A stretch of 64,000 bases of DNA, taken from the NCBI GenBank assembly GCA_964016885.1, contig OZ024744.1:2170001-2234000 (forward strand), read 5' to 3'. Position 1 is the first letter of the stretch, and each line of letters opens with the position of its first letter. Below the pieces are notes generated by a model, which searched no databases, was not told the origin of the DNA, and saw nothing but the letters and a program-made list of their open reading frames with translations. Origin of the DNA: Eledone cirrhosa (Eukaryota). Positions 12,513-27,200 of the stretch are shown in pieces. Made by a program: the position numbers and the translations under genes.

Positions 12513-15144
12513 GAACTTCGTTCTTCACCAAGCTATCTGTCTCTACCTTGTCTTCCCCCAAAACTACGTTCTTCACCAAGCTATCTTTCTCTACCTTGTC
12601 CTCCCCCAAAACTTCGTTCTTCACCAAGCTATCTTTCTCTACCTTGTCTTCCCTCAGAACTTCGTTCTTCACCAAGCTATCTTTCTCTACCTTGTCTTCC
12701 CCCAAAACTTCGTTCTTCACCAAGCTATCTTTCTCTACATTGTCTTCCCCAAAACTTCGTTCTTCACCAAGCTATCTTTCTCTACCTTGTCTTCCCCCAA
12801 AACTTCGTTCTTCACCAAGCTATCTTTCTCTACCTTGTCTTCCCCCAAAACTTCGTTCTTCACCAAGTCATCTTTCTCTACCTTGTCATCCCTCAAAACT
12901 TCGTTCTTCACCAATCTATCTTTCTCTACCTTGTCTTCCCCCAAAACTACGTTCTTCACCAAGCTATCTTTCTCTAGCTTGTCTTCACACAAAACCTCGT
13001 TCTTCACCAAGCTATCTTTCTCTACCTTGTCTTCTCCCAAAACTTCGTTCTTCACCAAGCTATCTTTCTCTACCTTGTCTTCCCTCAGAACTTCGTTCTT
13101 CACCAAGCTATCTTTCTCTACCTTGTCCTCCCCCAAAACTTCGTTCTTCACCAAGCTATCTTTCTCTACCTTGTCTTCCCCCAAAACTTCGTTCTTCGCA
13201 AGCTATCTTTCTCTACCTTGTTTTCCCCCAAAACTTCGTTGTTCACCAAGCTATCTTTCTCTACCTTGTCTTCCCCCAAAACTTCGTTCTTCACCAAGCT
13301 ATCTTTCTCTACCTTGTCTTCCCCCAAAACTTCGTTCTTCACCAAGCTATCTTTCTCTACCTTGTCCTCCCACAAAACTTCGTTCTTCACCAAGCTATCT
13401 TTCTCTACCTTGTCTTCCCCCAAAACTTCGTTCTTCACCAAGCTATCTTTCTCTACATTGTCCTCCCACAAAACTTCGTTCTTCACCAAGCTATCTTTCT
13501 CTACCTTGTCTTCCCACAAAACGTCGTTCTTCACCAAGCTATCTTTCTCTACCTTGTCTTCCCTCAAAACGTCGTTCTTCACCAAGCTATCTTTCTCTAC
13601 CTTGTCTTCTCCCAAAACTTCGTTATTCACCAAGCTATCTTTCTCTACCTTGTCTTCCCTCAAAACTTCGTTCTTCACCAAGCTATCTTTCTCTACCTTG
13701 TCTTCCCCCAAAACTTCGTTCTTCACCAAGCTTTCTTTCTCTACACTGTCTTCCCCAAAACTTCGTTCTTCACCAAGCTATCTTTCTCTACCTTGTGTTC
13801 CCCCAAAACTTCGTTGTTCACCAAGCTATCTTTCACTACCTTGTCTTCCCCCAAAACGTCGTTCTTCACCAAGCTATCTTTCTCTACCTTGTCTTCCCCC
13901 AAAACTTCGTTCTTCACCAAGCTATCTTTCTCTACCTTGTCTTCCCACAAAACTTCGTTCTTCACCAAGCTATCTTTCTCTACCTTGTCTTCCCACAAAA
14001 CTTCGTTCTTCACCAAGCTATCTTTCTCTACCTTGTCTTCCTCCAAAACTTCGTTCTTCACCAAGCTATCTTTCTCTACCTTGTCTTCCCTCAGAACTTC
14101 GTTCTTCACCAAGCTATCTTTCTCTACCTTGTCCTCCCCCAAAACTTCGTTCTTCACCAAGCTATCTTTCTCTACCTTGTCTTCCCACAAAACGTCGTTC
14201 TTCACCAAGCTATCTTTCTCTACCTTGTCTTCCCTCAAAACTTCGTTCTTCACCAAGCTATCTTTCTCTACATTGTCTTCCCCCAAAACTTCGTTCTTCA
14301 CCAAGCTATCTTTCTCTACCTTGTCTTCCCCCAAAACTTCGTTCTTCACCAAGCTATCTTTCTCTACCTTGTCTTCCCTCAAAACTTCGTTCTTCACCAA
14401 GCTATCTTTCTCGACCTTGTCTTCTCCCAAAACTTCGTTATTCACCAAGCTATCTTTCTCTACCTTGTCTTCCCACAAAACTTCGTTCTTCACCAAGCTA
14501 TCTTTCTCTACCTTGTCTTCCCTCAAAACGTCGTTCTTCACCAAGCTATCTTTCTCTACATTGTCTTCCCCAAAACATCGTTCTTCACCAAGCTATCTTT
14601 CTCTACCTTGTCTTCCCCCAAAACTTCGTTCTTCACCAAGCTATCTTTCTCTACCTTGTCTTCTCCCAAAACTTCGTTCTTCACCAAGCTATCTTTCTCT
14701 ACCTTGTCTTCCCACAAAACGTCGTTCTTCACCAAGCTATCTTTCTCTATTTTGTCTTCCCTCAAAACGTCGTTCTTCACCAAGCTATCTTTCTCTACCT
14801 TGTCTTCCCTCAAAATTTCGTTCTTCACCAAGCTATCTTTCTCGACCTTGTCTTCTCCCAAAACTTCGTTATTCACCAAGCTATCTTTCTCTACCTTGTC
14901 TTCCCTCAAAACTTCGTTCTTCACCAAGCTATCTTTCTCTACCTTGTCTTCCCCCAAAACTTCGTTCTTCACCAAGCTATCTTTCTCTACCTTGTCTTCC
15001 CCCAAAACTTCGTTCTTCACCAAGCTTTCTTTCTCTACACTGTCTTCCCCAAAACTTCGTTCTTCACCAAGCTATCTTTCTCTACCTTGTGTTCCCCCAA
15101 AACTTCGTTGTTCACCAAGCTATCTTTCACTACCTTGTCTTCCC

Positions 15145-18100
15145 CCAAAACGTCGTTCTTCACCAAGCTATCTTTCTCTACCTTGTCTTCCCCCAAAACT
15201 TCGTTCTTCACCAAGCTATCTTTCTCTACCTTGTCTTCCCACAAAACTTCGTTCTTCACCAAGCTATCTTTCTCTACCTTGTCTTCCCACAAAACGTCGT
15301 TCTTCACCAAGCTATCTTTCTCTACCTTGTCTTCCCTCAAAACTTCGTTCTTCACCAAGCTATCTTTCTCTACCTTATCTTCCCCCAAAACTTCGTTCTT
15401 CACCAAGCTATCTTTCTCTACCTTGTCTTCCTCCAAAACTTCGTTCTTCACCAAGCTATCTTTCTCTACCTTAGCTTCCCCCAAAACTTCATTCTTCACC
15501 AAGCTATCTTTCTCTACCTTGTCTTCCCCCAAAACTTCGTTCTTCACCAAGTCATCTTTCTCTACCTTGTCATCCCTCAAAACTTCGTTCTTCACCAATC
15601 TATCTTTCTCTACCTTGTCTTCCCCCAAAACTACGTTCTTCACCAAGCTATCTTTCTCTAGCTTGTCTTCACACAAAACCTCGTTCTTCACCAAGCTATC
15701 TTTCTCTACCTTGTCTTCTCCCAAAACTTCGTTCTTCACCAAGCTATCTTTCTCTACCTTGTCTTCCCTCAGAACTTCGTTCTTCACCAAGCTATCTTTC
15801 TCTACCTTGTCTTCCCCCAAAACTTCGTTCTTCGCAAGCTATCTTTCTCTACCTTGTTTTCCCCCAAAACTTCGTTGTTCACCAAGCTATCTTTCTCTAC
15901 CTTGTCTTCCCCCAAAACTTCGTTCTTCACCAAGCTATCTTTCTCTACCTTGTCTTCCCCCAAAACTTCGTTCTTCACCAAGCTATCTTTCTCTACCTTG
16001 TCCTCCCACAAAACTTCGTTCTTCACCAAGCTATCTTTCTCTACCTTGTCTTCCCACAAAACGTCGTTCTTCACCAAGCTATCTTTCTCTACCTTGTCTT
16101 CCCTCAAAACTTCGTTCTTCACCAAGCTATCTTTCTCTACCTTGTCTTCCCTCAAAACGTCGTTCTTCACCAAGCTATCTTTCTCTACCTTGTCTTCTCC
16201 CAAAACTTCGTTATTCACCAAGCTATCTTTCTCTACCTTGTCTTCCCTCAAAACTTCGTTCTTCACCAAGCTATCTTTCTCTACCTTGTCTTCCCCCAAA
16301 ACTTCGTTCTTCACCAAGCTTTCTTTCTCTACACTGTCTTCCCCAAAACTTCGTTCTTCACCAAGCTATCTTTCTCTACCTTGTGTTCCCCCAAAACTTC
16401 GTTGTTCACCAAGCTATCTTTCACTACCTTGTCTTCCCCCAAAACGTCGTTCTTCACCAAGCTATCTTTCTCTACCTTGTCTTCCCCCAAAACTTCGTTC
16501 TTCACCAAGCTATCTTTCTCTACCTTGTCTTCCCACAAAACTTCGTTCTTCACCAAGCTATCTTTCTCTACCTTGTCTTCCCACAAAACTTCGTTCTTCA
16601 CCAAGCTATCTTTCTCTACCTTGTCTTCCTCCAAAACTTCGTTCTTCACCAAGCTATCTTTCTCTACCTTGTCTTCCCTCAGAACTTCGTTCTTCACCAA
16701 GCTATCTTTCTCTACCTTGTCCTCCCCCAAAACTTCGTTCTTCACCAAGCTATCTTTCTCTACCTTGTCTTCCCACAAAACGTCGTTCTTCACCAAGCTA
16801 TCTTTCTCTACCTTGTCTTCCCTCAAAACTTCGTTCTTCACCAAGCTATCTTTCTCTACATTGTCTTCCCCCAAAACTTCGTTCTTCACCAAGCTATCTT
16901 TCTCTACCTTGTCTTCCCCCAAAACTTCGTTCTTCACCAAGCTATCTTTCTCTACCTTGTCTTCCCTCAAAACTTCGTTCTTCACCAAGCTATCTTTCTC
17001 GACCTTGTCTTCTCCCAAAACTTCGTTATTCACCAAGCTATCTTTCTCTACCTTGTCTTCCCACAAAACTTCGTTCTTCACCAAGCTATCTTTCTCTACC
17101 TTGTCTTCCCTCAAAACGTCGTTCTTCACCAAGCTATCTTTCTCTACATTGTCTTCCCCAAAACGTCGTTCTTCACCAAGCTATCTTTCTCTACCTTGTC
17201 TTCCCCCAAAACTTCGTTCTTCACCAAGCTATCTTTCTCTACCTTGTCTTCCCACAAAACTTCGTTCTTCACCAAGCTATCTTTCTCTACCTTGTCTTCC
17301 CACAAAACGTCGTTCTTCACCAAGCTATCTTTCTCTACCTTGTCTTCCCTCAAAACTTCGTTCTTCACCAAGCTATCTTTCTCTACCTTATCTTCCCCCA
17401 AAACTCCGTTCTTCACCAAGCTATCTTTCTCTACCTTGTCTTCCTCCAAAACTTCGTTCTTCACCAAGCTATCTTTCTCTACCTTAGCTTCCCCCAAAAC
17501 TTCATTCTTCACCAAGCTATCTTTCTCTACCTTGTCTTCCCCCAAAACTTCGTTCTTCACCAAGTCATCTTTCTCTACCTTGTCATCCCTCAAAACTTCG
17601 TTCTTCACCAATCTATCTTTCTCTACCTTGTCTTCCCCCAAAACTACGTTCTTCACCAAGCTATCTTTCTCTAGCTTGTCTTCACACAAAACCTCGTTCT
17701 TCACCAAGCTATCTTTCTCTACCTTGTCTTCTCCCAAAACTTCGTTCTTCACCAAGCTATCTTTCTCTACCTTGTCTTCCCTCAGAACTTCGTTCTTCAC
17801 CAAGCTATCTTTCTCTACCTTGTCTTCCCCCAAAACTTCGTTCTTCGCAAGCTATCTTTCTCTACCTTGTTTTCCCCCAAAATTTCGTTGTTCACCAAGC
17901 TATCTTTCTCTACCTTGTCTTCCCCCAAAACTTCGTTCTTCACCAAGCTATCTTTCTCTACCTTGTCTTCCCCCAAAACTTCGTTCTTCACCAAGCTATC
18001 TTTCTCTACCTTGTCCTCCCACAAAACTTCGTTCTTCACCAAGCTATCTTTCTCTACCTTGTCTTCCCACAAAACGTCGTTCTTCACCAAGCTATCTTTC

Positions 18101-19177
18101 TCTACCTTGTCTTCCCTCAAAACTTCGTTCTTCACCAAGCTATCTTTCTCTACCTTGTCTTCCCTCAAAACGTCGTTCTTCACCAAGCTATCTTTCTCTA
18201 CCTTGTCTTCTCCCAAAACTTCGTTATTCACCAAGCTATCTTTCTCTACCTTGTCTTCCCTCAAAACTTCGTTCTTCACCAAGCTATCTTTCTCTACCTT
18301 GTCTTCCCCCAAAACTTCGTTCTTCACCAAGCTTTCTTTCTCTACACTGTCTTCCCCAAAACTTCGTTCTTCACCAAGCTATCTTTCTCTACCTTGTGTT
18401 CCCCCAAAACTTCGTTGTTCACCAAGCTATCTTTCACTACCTTGTCTTCCCCCAAAACGTCGTTCTTCACCAAGCTATCTTTCTCTACCTTGTCTTCCCC
18501 CAAAACTTCGTTCTTCACCAAGCTATCTTTCTCTACCTTGTCTTCCCACAAAACTTCGTTCTTCACCAAGCTATCTTTCTCTACCTTGTCTTCCCACAAA
18601 ACTTCGTTCTTCACCAAGCTATCTTTCTCTACCTTGTCTTCCTCCAAAACTTCGTTCTTCACCAAGCTATCTTTCTCTACCTTGTCTTCCCTCAGAACTT
18701 CGTTCTTCACCAAGCTATCTTTCTCTACCTTGTCCTCCCCCAAAACTTCGTTCTTCACCAAGCTATCTTTCTCTACCTTGTCTTCCCACAAAACGTCGTT
18801 CTTCACCAAGCTATCTTTCTCTACCTTGTCTTCCCTCAAAACTTCGTTCTTCACCAAGCTATCTTTCTCTACATTGTCTTCCCCCAAAACTTCGTTCTTC
18901 ACCAAGCTATCTTTCTCTACCTTGTCTTCCCCCAAAACTTCGTTCTTCACCAAGCTATCTTTCTCTACCTTGTCTTCCCTCAAAACTTCGTTCTTCACCA
19001 AGCTATCTTTCTCGACCTTGTCTTCTCCCAAAACTTCGTTATTCACCAAGCTATCTTTCTCTACCTTGTCTTCCCACAAAACTTCGTTCTTCACCAAGCT
19101 ATCTTTCTCTACCTTGTCTTCCCTCAAAACGTCGTTCTTCACCAAGCTATCTTTCTCTACATTGTCTTCCCCAAAAC
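15145..19177. repeat. Tandem higher-order repeat, 42-mer, period 2013 bp, 2 copies
   Basis: The private marker cttAGcttcc...cttcAttc occurs at 15473 and 17486 only. 15802/17815 and 16329/18342 match at offset 2013 (42x48-3). Confidence 0.92.
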
Positions 19178-21269
19178 ATCGTTCTTCACCAAGCTATCTT
19201 TCTCTACCTTGTCTTCCCCCAAAACTTCGTTCTTCACCAAGCTATCTTTCTCTACCTTGTCTTCCCCCAAAACTTCGTTCTTCACCAAGCTATCTTTCTC
19301 TACCTTGTCTTCCCACAAAACGTCGTTCTTCACCAAGCTATCTTTCTCTATTTTGTCTTCCCTCAAAACGTCGTTCTTCACCAAGCTATCTTTCTCTACC
19401 TTGTCTTCCCTCAAAATTTCGTTCTTCACCAAGCTATCTTTCTCGACCTTGTCTTCTCCCAAAACTTCGTTATTCACCAAGCTATCTTTCTCTACCTTGT
19501 CTTCCCTCAAAACTTCGTTCTTCACCAAGCTATCTTTCTCTACCTTGTCTTCCCCCAAAACTTCGTTCTTCACCAAGCTATCTTTCTCTACCTTGTCTTC
19601 CCTCAAAACTTCGTTCTTCACCAAGCTTTCTTTCTCTACACTGTCTTCCCCAAAACTTCGTTCTTCACCAAGCTATCTTTCTCTACCTTGTGTTCCCCCA
19701 AAACTTCGGTGTTCACCAAGCTATCTTTCACTACCTTGTCTTCCCACAAAACTTCGTTCTTCACCAAGCTATCTTTCTCTACCTTGTCTTCCCACAAAAC
19801 GTCGTTCTTCACCAAGCTATCTTTCTCTACCTTGTCTTCCCTCAAAACTTCGTTCTTCACCAAGCTATCTTTCTCTACCTTATCTTCCCCCAAAACTTCG
19901 TTCTTCACCAAGCTATCTTTCTCTACCTTGTCTTCCTCCAAAACTTCGTTCTTCACCAAGCTATCTTTCTCTACCTTGTCTTCCCTCAGAACTTCGTTCT
20001 TCACCAAGCTATCTTTCTCTACCTTGTCCTCCCCCAAAACTTCGTTCTTCACCAAGCTATCTTTCTCTACCTTGTCTTCCCACAAAACGTCGTTCTTCAC
20101 CAAGCTATCTTTCTCTACCTTGTCTTCCCTCAAAACTTCGTTCTTCACCAAGCTATCTTTCTCTACATTGTCTTCCCCCAAAACTTCGTTCTTCACCAAG
20201 CTATCTTTCTCTACCTTGTCTTCCCCCAAAACTTCGTTCTTCACCAAGCTATCTTTCTCTACCTTGTCTTCCCTCAAAACTTCGTTCTTCACCAAGCTAT
20301 CTTTCTCGACCTTGTCTTCTCCCAAAACTTCGTTATTCACCAAGCTATCTTTCTCTACCTTGTCTTCCCACAAAACTTCGTTCTTCACCAAGCTATCTTT
20401 CTCTACCTTGTCTTCCCTCAAAACGTCGTTCTTCACCAAGCTATCTTTCTCTACATTGTCTTCCCCAAAACATCGTTCTTCACCAAGCTATCTTTCTCTA
20501 CCTTGTCTTCCCCCAAAACTTCGTTCTTCACCAAGCTATCTTTCTCTACCTTGTCTTCCCCCAAAACTTCGTTCTTCACCAAGCTATCTTTCTCTACCTT
20601 GTCTTCCCACAAAACGTCGTTCTTCACCAAGCTATCTTTCTCTATTTTGTCTTCCCTCAAAACGTCGTTCTTCACCAAGCTATCTTTCTCTACCTTGTCT
20701 TCCCTCAAAATTTCTTTCTTCACCAAGCTATCTTTCTCGACCTTGTCTTCTCCCAAAACTTCGTTATTCACCAAGCTATCTTTCTCTACCTTGTCTTCCC
20801 TCAAAACTTCGTTCTTCACCAAGCTATCTTTCTCTACCTTGTCTTCCCCCAAAACTTCGTTCTTCACCAAGCTATCTTTCTCTACCTTGTCTTCCCCCAA
20901 AATTTCGTTCTTCACCAAGCTATCTTTCTCTACCTTGTCTTCCCCCAAAACTTCGTTCTTCACCAAGTCATCTTTCTCTACCTTGTCATCCCTCAAAACT
21001 TCGTTCTTCACCAATCTATCTTTCTCTACCTTGTCTTCCCCCAAAACTACGTTCTTCACCAAGCTATCTTTCTCTAGCTTGTCTTCACACAAAACCTCGT
21101 TCTTCACCAAGCTATCTTTCTCTACCTTGTCTTCCCACAAAACGTCATTCTTCACCAAGCTATCTTTCTCTACCTTGTCTTCTCCCAAAACTTCGTTCTT
21201 CACCAAGCTATCTTTCTCTACCTTGTCCTCCCCCAAAACTTCGTTCTTCACCAAGCTATCTTTCTCTAC

Positions 21270-24200
21270 CTTGTCTTCCCCCAAAATTTCGTTCTTCGCA
21301 AGCTATCTTTCTCTACCTTGTCTTCCGTCAAAACTTCGTTCTTCACCAAGATATCTTTCTCTACCTTGTCTTCCCACAAAACGTCGTTCTTCACCAAGCT
21401 ATCTTTCTCTACCTTGTCTTCCCTCAGAACTTCGTTCTTCACCAAGCTATCTTTCTCTACCTTGTCTTCCCCCAAAACTACGTTCTTCACCAAGCTATCT
21501 TTCTCTAGATTGTCTTCACACAAAACCTCGTTCTTCACCAAGCTTTCTTTCTCTACCTTGTCTTCCCACAAAACGTCATTCTTCACCAAGCTATCTTTCT
21601 CTACCTTGTCTTCTCCCAAAACTTCGTTCTTCACCAAGCTATCTTTCTCTACCTTGTCTTCCCTCAGAACTTCGTTCTTCACCAAGCTATCTTTCTCTAC
21701 CTTGTCTTCCCTCAAAACTTCGTTCTTCACCAAGCTATCTTTCTCTACCTTGTCTTCCCTCAAAACGTCGTTCTTCACCAAACTATCTTTCTCTACCTTG
21801 TCTTCTCCCAAAACTTCGTTATTCACCAAGCTATCTTTCTCTACCTTGTCTTCCCCCAAAACTTCGTTCTTCACCAAGCTTTCTTTCTCTACACTGTCTT
21901 CCCCAAAACTTCGTTCTTCACCAAGCTATCTTTCTCTACCTTGTCTTCCCCCAAAACTTCGTTCTTCACCAAGCTATCTTTCTCTATTTTGTCTTCCCTC
22001 AAAACGTCGTTCTTCACCAAGCTATCTTTCTCTACCTTGTCTTCCCTCAAAATTTCGTTCTTCACCAAGCTATCTTTCTCGACCTTGTCTTCTCCCAAAA
22101 CTTCGTTATTCACCAAGCTATCTTTCTCTACCTTGTCTTCCCTCAAAACTTCGTTCTTCACCAAGCTATCTTTCTCTACCTTGTCTTCCCCCAAAACTTC
22201 GTTCTTCACCAAGCTATCTTTCTCTACCTTGTCTTCCCCCAAAATTTCGTTCTTCACCAAGCTATCTTTCTCTACCTTGTCTTCCCCCAAAACTTCGTTC
22301 TTCACCAAGTCATCTTTCTCTACCTTGTCATCCCTCAAAACTTCGTTCTTCACCAATCTATCTTTCTCTACCTTGTCTTCCCCCAAAACTACGTTCTTCA
22401 CCAAGCTATCTTTCTCTATCTTGTCTTCACACAAAACCTCGTTCTTCACCAAGCTATCTTTCTCTACCTTGTCTTCCCACAAAACGTCATTCTTCACCAA
22501 GCTATCTTTCTCTACCTTGTCTTCTCCCAAAACTTCGTTCTTCACCAAGCTATCTTTCTCTACCTTGTCCTCCCCCAAAACTTCGTTCTTCACCAAGCTA
22601 TCTTTCTCTACCTTGTCTTCCCCCAAAATTTCGTTCTTCGCAAGCTATCTTTCTCTACCTTGTCTTCCGTCAAAACTTCGTTCTTCACCAAGATATCTTT
22701 CTCTACCTTGTCTTCCCACAAAACGTCGTTCTTCACCAAGCTATCTTTCTCTACCTTGTCTTCCCTCAGAACTTCGTTCTTCACCAAGCTATCTTTCTCT
22801 ACCTTGTCTTCCCCCAAAACTACGTTCTTCACCAAGCTATCTTTCTCTAGCTTGTCTTCACACAAAACCTCGTTCTTCACCAAGCTTTCTTTCTCTACCT
22901 TGTCTTCCCACAAAACGTCATTCTTCACCAAGCTATCTTTCTCTACCTTGTCTTCTCCCACAACTTCGTTCTTCACCAAGCTATCTTTCTCTACCTTGTC
23001 TTCCCTCAGAACTTCGTTCTTCACCAAGCTATCTTTCTCTACCTTGTCTTCCCTCAAAACTTCGTTCTTCACCAAGCTATCTTTCTCTACCTTGTCTTCC
23101 CTCAAAACGTCGTTCTTCACCAAGCTATCTTTCTCTACCTTGTCTTCTCCCAAAACTTCGTTATTCACCAAGCTATCTTTCTCTACCTTGTCTTCCCCCA
23201 AAACTTCGTTCTTCACCAAGCTTTCTTTCTCTACACTGTCTTCCCCAAAACTTCGTTCTTCACCAAGCTATCTTTCTCTACATTGTCTTCCCCCAAAACT
23301 TCGTTCTTCACCAAGCTATCTTTCTCTACCTTGTCTTCCCCCAAAACTTCGTTCTTCACCAAGCTATCTTTCTCTACCTTGTCTTCCCCCAAAGCTTCGT
23401 TCTTCACCAAGCTATCTTTCTCTACCTTGTCTTCCCCCAAAACTTCGTTCTTCACCAAGCTATCTTTCTCTACCTTATCTTCCCCCAAAACTTTGTTCTT
23501 CACCAAGCTATCTTTCTCTACCTTGTCTTCCCCCAAAACTTCGTTCTTCACCAAGCTATCTTTCTCTACCTTGTCTTCCCTCAAAACTTCGTTCTTCACC
23601 AAGCTATCTTTCTCGACCTTGTCTTCTCCCAAAACTTCGTTATTCACCAAGCTATCTTTCTCTACCTTGTCTTCTCCCAAAACTTCGTTATTCACCAAGC
23701 TATCTTTCTCTACCTTGTCTTCCCTCAAAACTTCGTTCTTCACCAAGCTATCTTTCTCTACCTTGTCTTCCCCCAAAACTTCGTTCTTCACCAAGCTATC
23801 TTTCTCTACCTTGTCTTCCCCCAAAACTTCGTTCTTCACCAAGCTATCTTTCTCTACCTTGTCTTCCCCCAAAACTTCGTTCTTCACCAAGTCATCTTTC
23901 TCTACCTTGTCATCCCTCTAAACTTCGTTCTTCACCAATCTATCTTTCTCTACCTTGTCTTCCCCCAAAACTACGTTCTTCACCAAGCTATCTTTCTCTA
24001 GCTTGTCTTCACACAAAACCTCGTTCTTCACCAAGCTATCTTTCTCTACCTTGTCTTCACTCAGAACTTCGTTCTTCACCAAGCTATCTTTCTCTACCTT
24101 GTCTTCCCCCAAAACTTCGTTCTTCACCAAGCTATCTTTCTCTACCTTGTCTTCCCCCAAAACTTCGTTCTTCACCAAGCTATCTTTCTCTACCTTGTCT

Positions 24201-27200
24201 TCTCCCAAAACTTCGTTCTTCACCAAGCTATCTTTCTCTACCTTGTCCTCCCCCAAACTTCGTTCTTCACCAAGCTATCTTTCTCTACCTTGTCTTCCCC
24301 CAAAATTTCGTTCTTCGCAAGCTATCTTTCTCTACCTTGTCTTCCGTCAAAACTTCGTTCTTCACCAAGCTATCTTTCTCTACCTTGTCTTCCCCCAAAA
24401 CTTCGTTCTTCACCAAGCTATCTTTCTCTACCTTGTCTTCCCCCAAAACTTCGTTCTTCACCAAGTCATCTTTCTCTACCTTGTCATCCCTCTAAACTTC
24501 GTTCTTCACCAATCTATCTTTCTCTACCTTGTCTTCCCTCAAAACTTCGTTCTTCACCAAGCTATCTTTCTCGACCTTGTCTTCTCCCAAAACTTCGTTA
24601 TTCACCAAGCTATCTTTCTCTACCTTGTCTTCTCCCAAAACTTCGTTATTCACCAAGCTATCTTTCTCTACCTTGTCTTCCCTCAAAACTTCGTTCTTCA
24701 CCAAGCTATCTTTCTCTACCTTGTCTTCCCCCAAAACTTCGTTCTTCACCAAGCTATCTTTCTCTACCTTGTCTTCCCCCAAAACTTCGTTCTTCACCAA
24801 GCTATCTTTCTCTACCTTGTCTTCCCACAAAACGTCGTTCTTCACCAAGCTATCTTTCTCTACCTTGTCTTCCCTCAGAACTTCGTTCTTCACCAAGCTA
24901 TCTTTCTCTACCTTGTCTTCCCCCAAAACTACGTTCTTCACCAAGCTATCTTTCTCTAGCTTGTCTTCACACAAAACCTCGTTCTTCACCAAGCTTTCTT
25001 TCTCTACCTTGTCTTCCCACAAAACGTCATTCTTCACCAAGCTATCTTTCTCTACCTTGTCTTCTCCCACAACTTCGTTCTTCACCAAGCTATCTTTCTC
25101 TACCTTGTCTTCCCTCAGAACTTCGTTCTTCACCAAGCTATCTTTCTCTACCTTGTCTTCCCTCAAAACTTCGTTCTTCACCAAGCTATCTTTCTCTACC
25201 TTGTCTTCCCTCAAAACGTCGTTCTTCACCAAGCTATCTTTCTCTACCTTGTCTTCTCCCAAAACTTCGTTATTCACCAAGCTATCTTTCTCTACCTTGT
25301 CTTCCCCCAAAACTTCGTTCTTCACCAAGCTTTCTTTCTCTACACTGTCTTCCCCAAAACTTCGTTCTTCACCAAGCTATCTTTCTCTACATTGTCTTCC
25401 CCCAAAACTTCGTTCTTCACCAAGCTATCTTTCTCTACCTTGTCTTCCCCCAAAACTTCGTTCTTCACCAAGCTATCTTTCTCTACCTTGTCTTCCCCCA
25501 AAGCTTCGTTCTTCACCAAGCTATCTTTCTCTACCTTGTCTTCCCCCAAAACTTCGTTCTTCACCAAGCTATCTTTCTCTACCTTATCTTCCCCCAAAAC
25601 TTTGTTCTTCACCAAGCTATCTTTCTCTACCTTGTCTTCCCCCAAAACTTCGTTCTTCACCAAGCTATCTTTCTCTACCTTGTCTTCCCTCAAAACTTCG
25701 TTCTTCACCAAGCTATCTTTCTCGACCTTGTCTTCTCCCAAAACTTCGTTATTCACCAAGCTATCTTTCTCTACCTTGTCTTCTCCCAAAACTTCGTTAT
25801 TCACCAAGCTATCTTTCTCTACCTTGTCTTCCCTCAAAACTTCGTTCTTCACCAAGCTATCTTTCTCTACCTTGTCTTCCCCCAAAACTTCGTTCTTCAC
25901 CAAGCTATCTTTCTCTACCTTGTCTTCCCCCAAAACTTCGTTCTTCACCAAGCTATCTTTCTCTACCTTGTCTTCCCCCAAAACTTCGTTCTTCACCAAG
26001 TCATCTTTCTCTACCTTGTCATCCCTCTAAACTTCGTTCTTCACCAATCTATCTTTCTCTACCTTGTCTTCCCCCAAAACTACGTTCTTCACCAAGCTAT
26101 CTTTCTCTAGCTTGTCTTCACACAAAACCTCGTTCTTCACCAAGCTATCTTTCTCTACCTTGTCTTCACTCAGAACTTCGTTCTTCACCAAGCTATCTTT
26201 CTCTACCTTGTCTTCCCCCAAAACTTCGTTCTTCACCAAGCTATCTTTCTCTACCTTGTCTTCCCCCAAAACTACGTTCTTCACCAAGCTATCTTTCTCT
26301 ACCTTGTCCTCCCCCAAAACTTCGTTCTTCACCAAGCTATCTTTCTCTACCTTGTCTTCCCTCAGAACTTCGTTCTTCACCAAGCTATCTTTCTCTACCT
26401 TGTCTTCCCCCAAAACTTCGTTCTTCACCAAGCTATCTTTCTCTACATTGTCTTCCCCAAATCTTCGTTCTTCACCAAGCTATCTTTCTCTACCTTGTCT
26501 TCCCCCAAAACTTCGTTCTTCACCAAGCTATCTTTCTCTACCTTGTCTTCCCCCAAAACTTCGTTCTTCACCAAGTCATCTTTCTCTACCTTGTCATCCC
26601 TCAAAACTTCGTTCTTCACCAATCTATCTTTCTCTACCTTGTCTTCCCCCAAAACTACGTTCTTCACCAAGCTATCTTTCTCTAGCTTGTCTTCACACAA
26701 AACCTCGTTCTTCACCAAGCTATCTTTCTCTACCTTGTCTTCCCACAAAACGTCATTCTTCACCAAGCTATCTTTCTCTACCTTGTCTTCTCCCAAAACT
26801 TCGTTCTTCACCAAGCTATCTTTCTCTACCTTGTCTTCCCTCAGAACTTCGTTCTTCACCAAGCTATCTTTCTCTACCTTGTCCTCCCCCAAAACTTCGT
26901 TCTTCACCAAGCTATCTTTCTCTACCTTGTCTTCCCCCAAAACTTCGTTCTTCGCAAGCTATCTTTCTCTACCTTGTTTTCCCCCAAAACTTCGTTGTTC
27001 ACCAAGCTATCTTTCTCTACCTTGTCTTCCCCCAAAACTTCGTTCTTCACCAAGCTATCTTTCTCTACCTTGTCTTCCCCCAAAACTTCGTTCTTCACCA
27101 AGCTATCTTTCTCTACCTTGTCCTCCCACAAAACTTCGTTCTTCACCAAGCTATCTTTCTCTACCTTGTCTTCTCCCAAAACTTCGTTCTTCACCAAGCT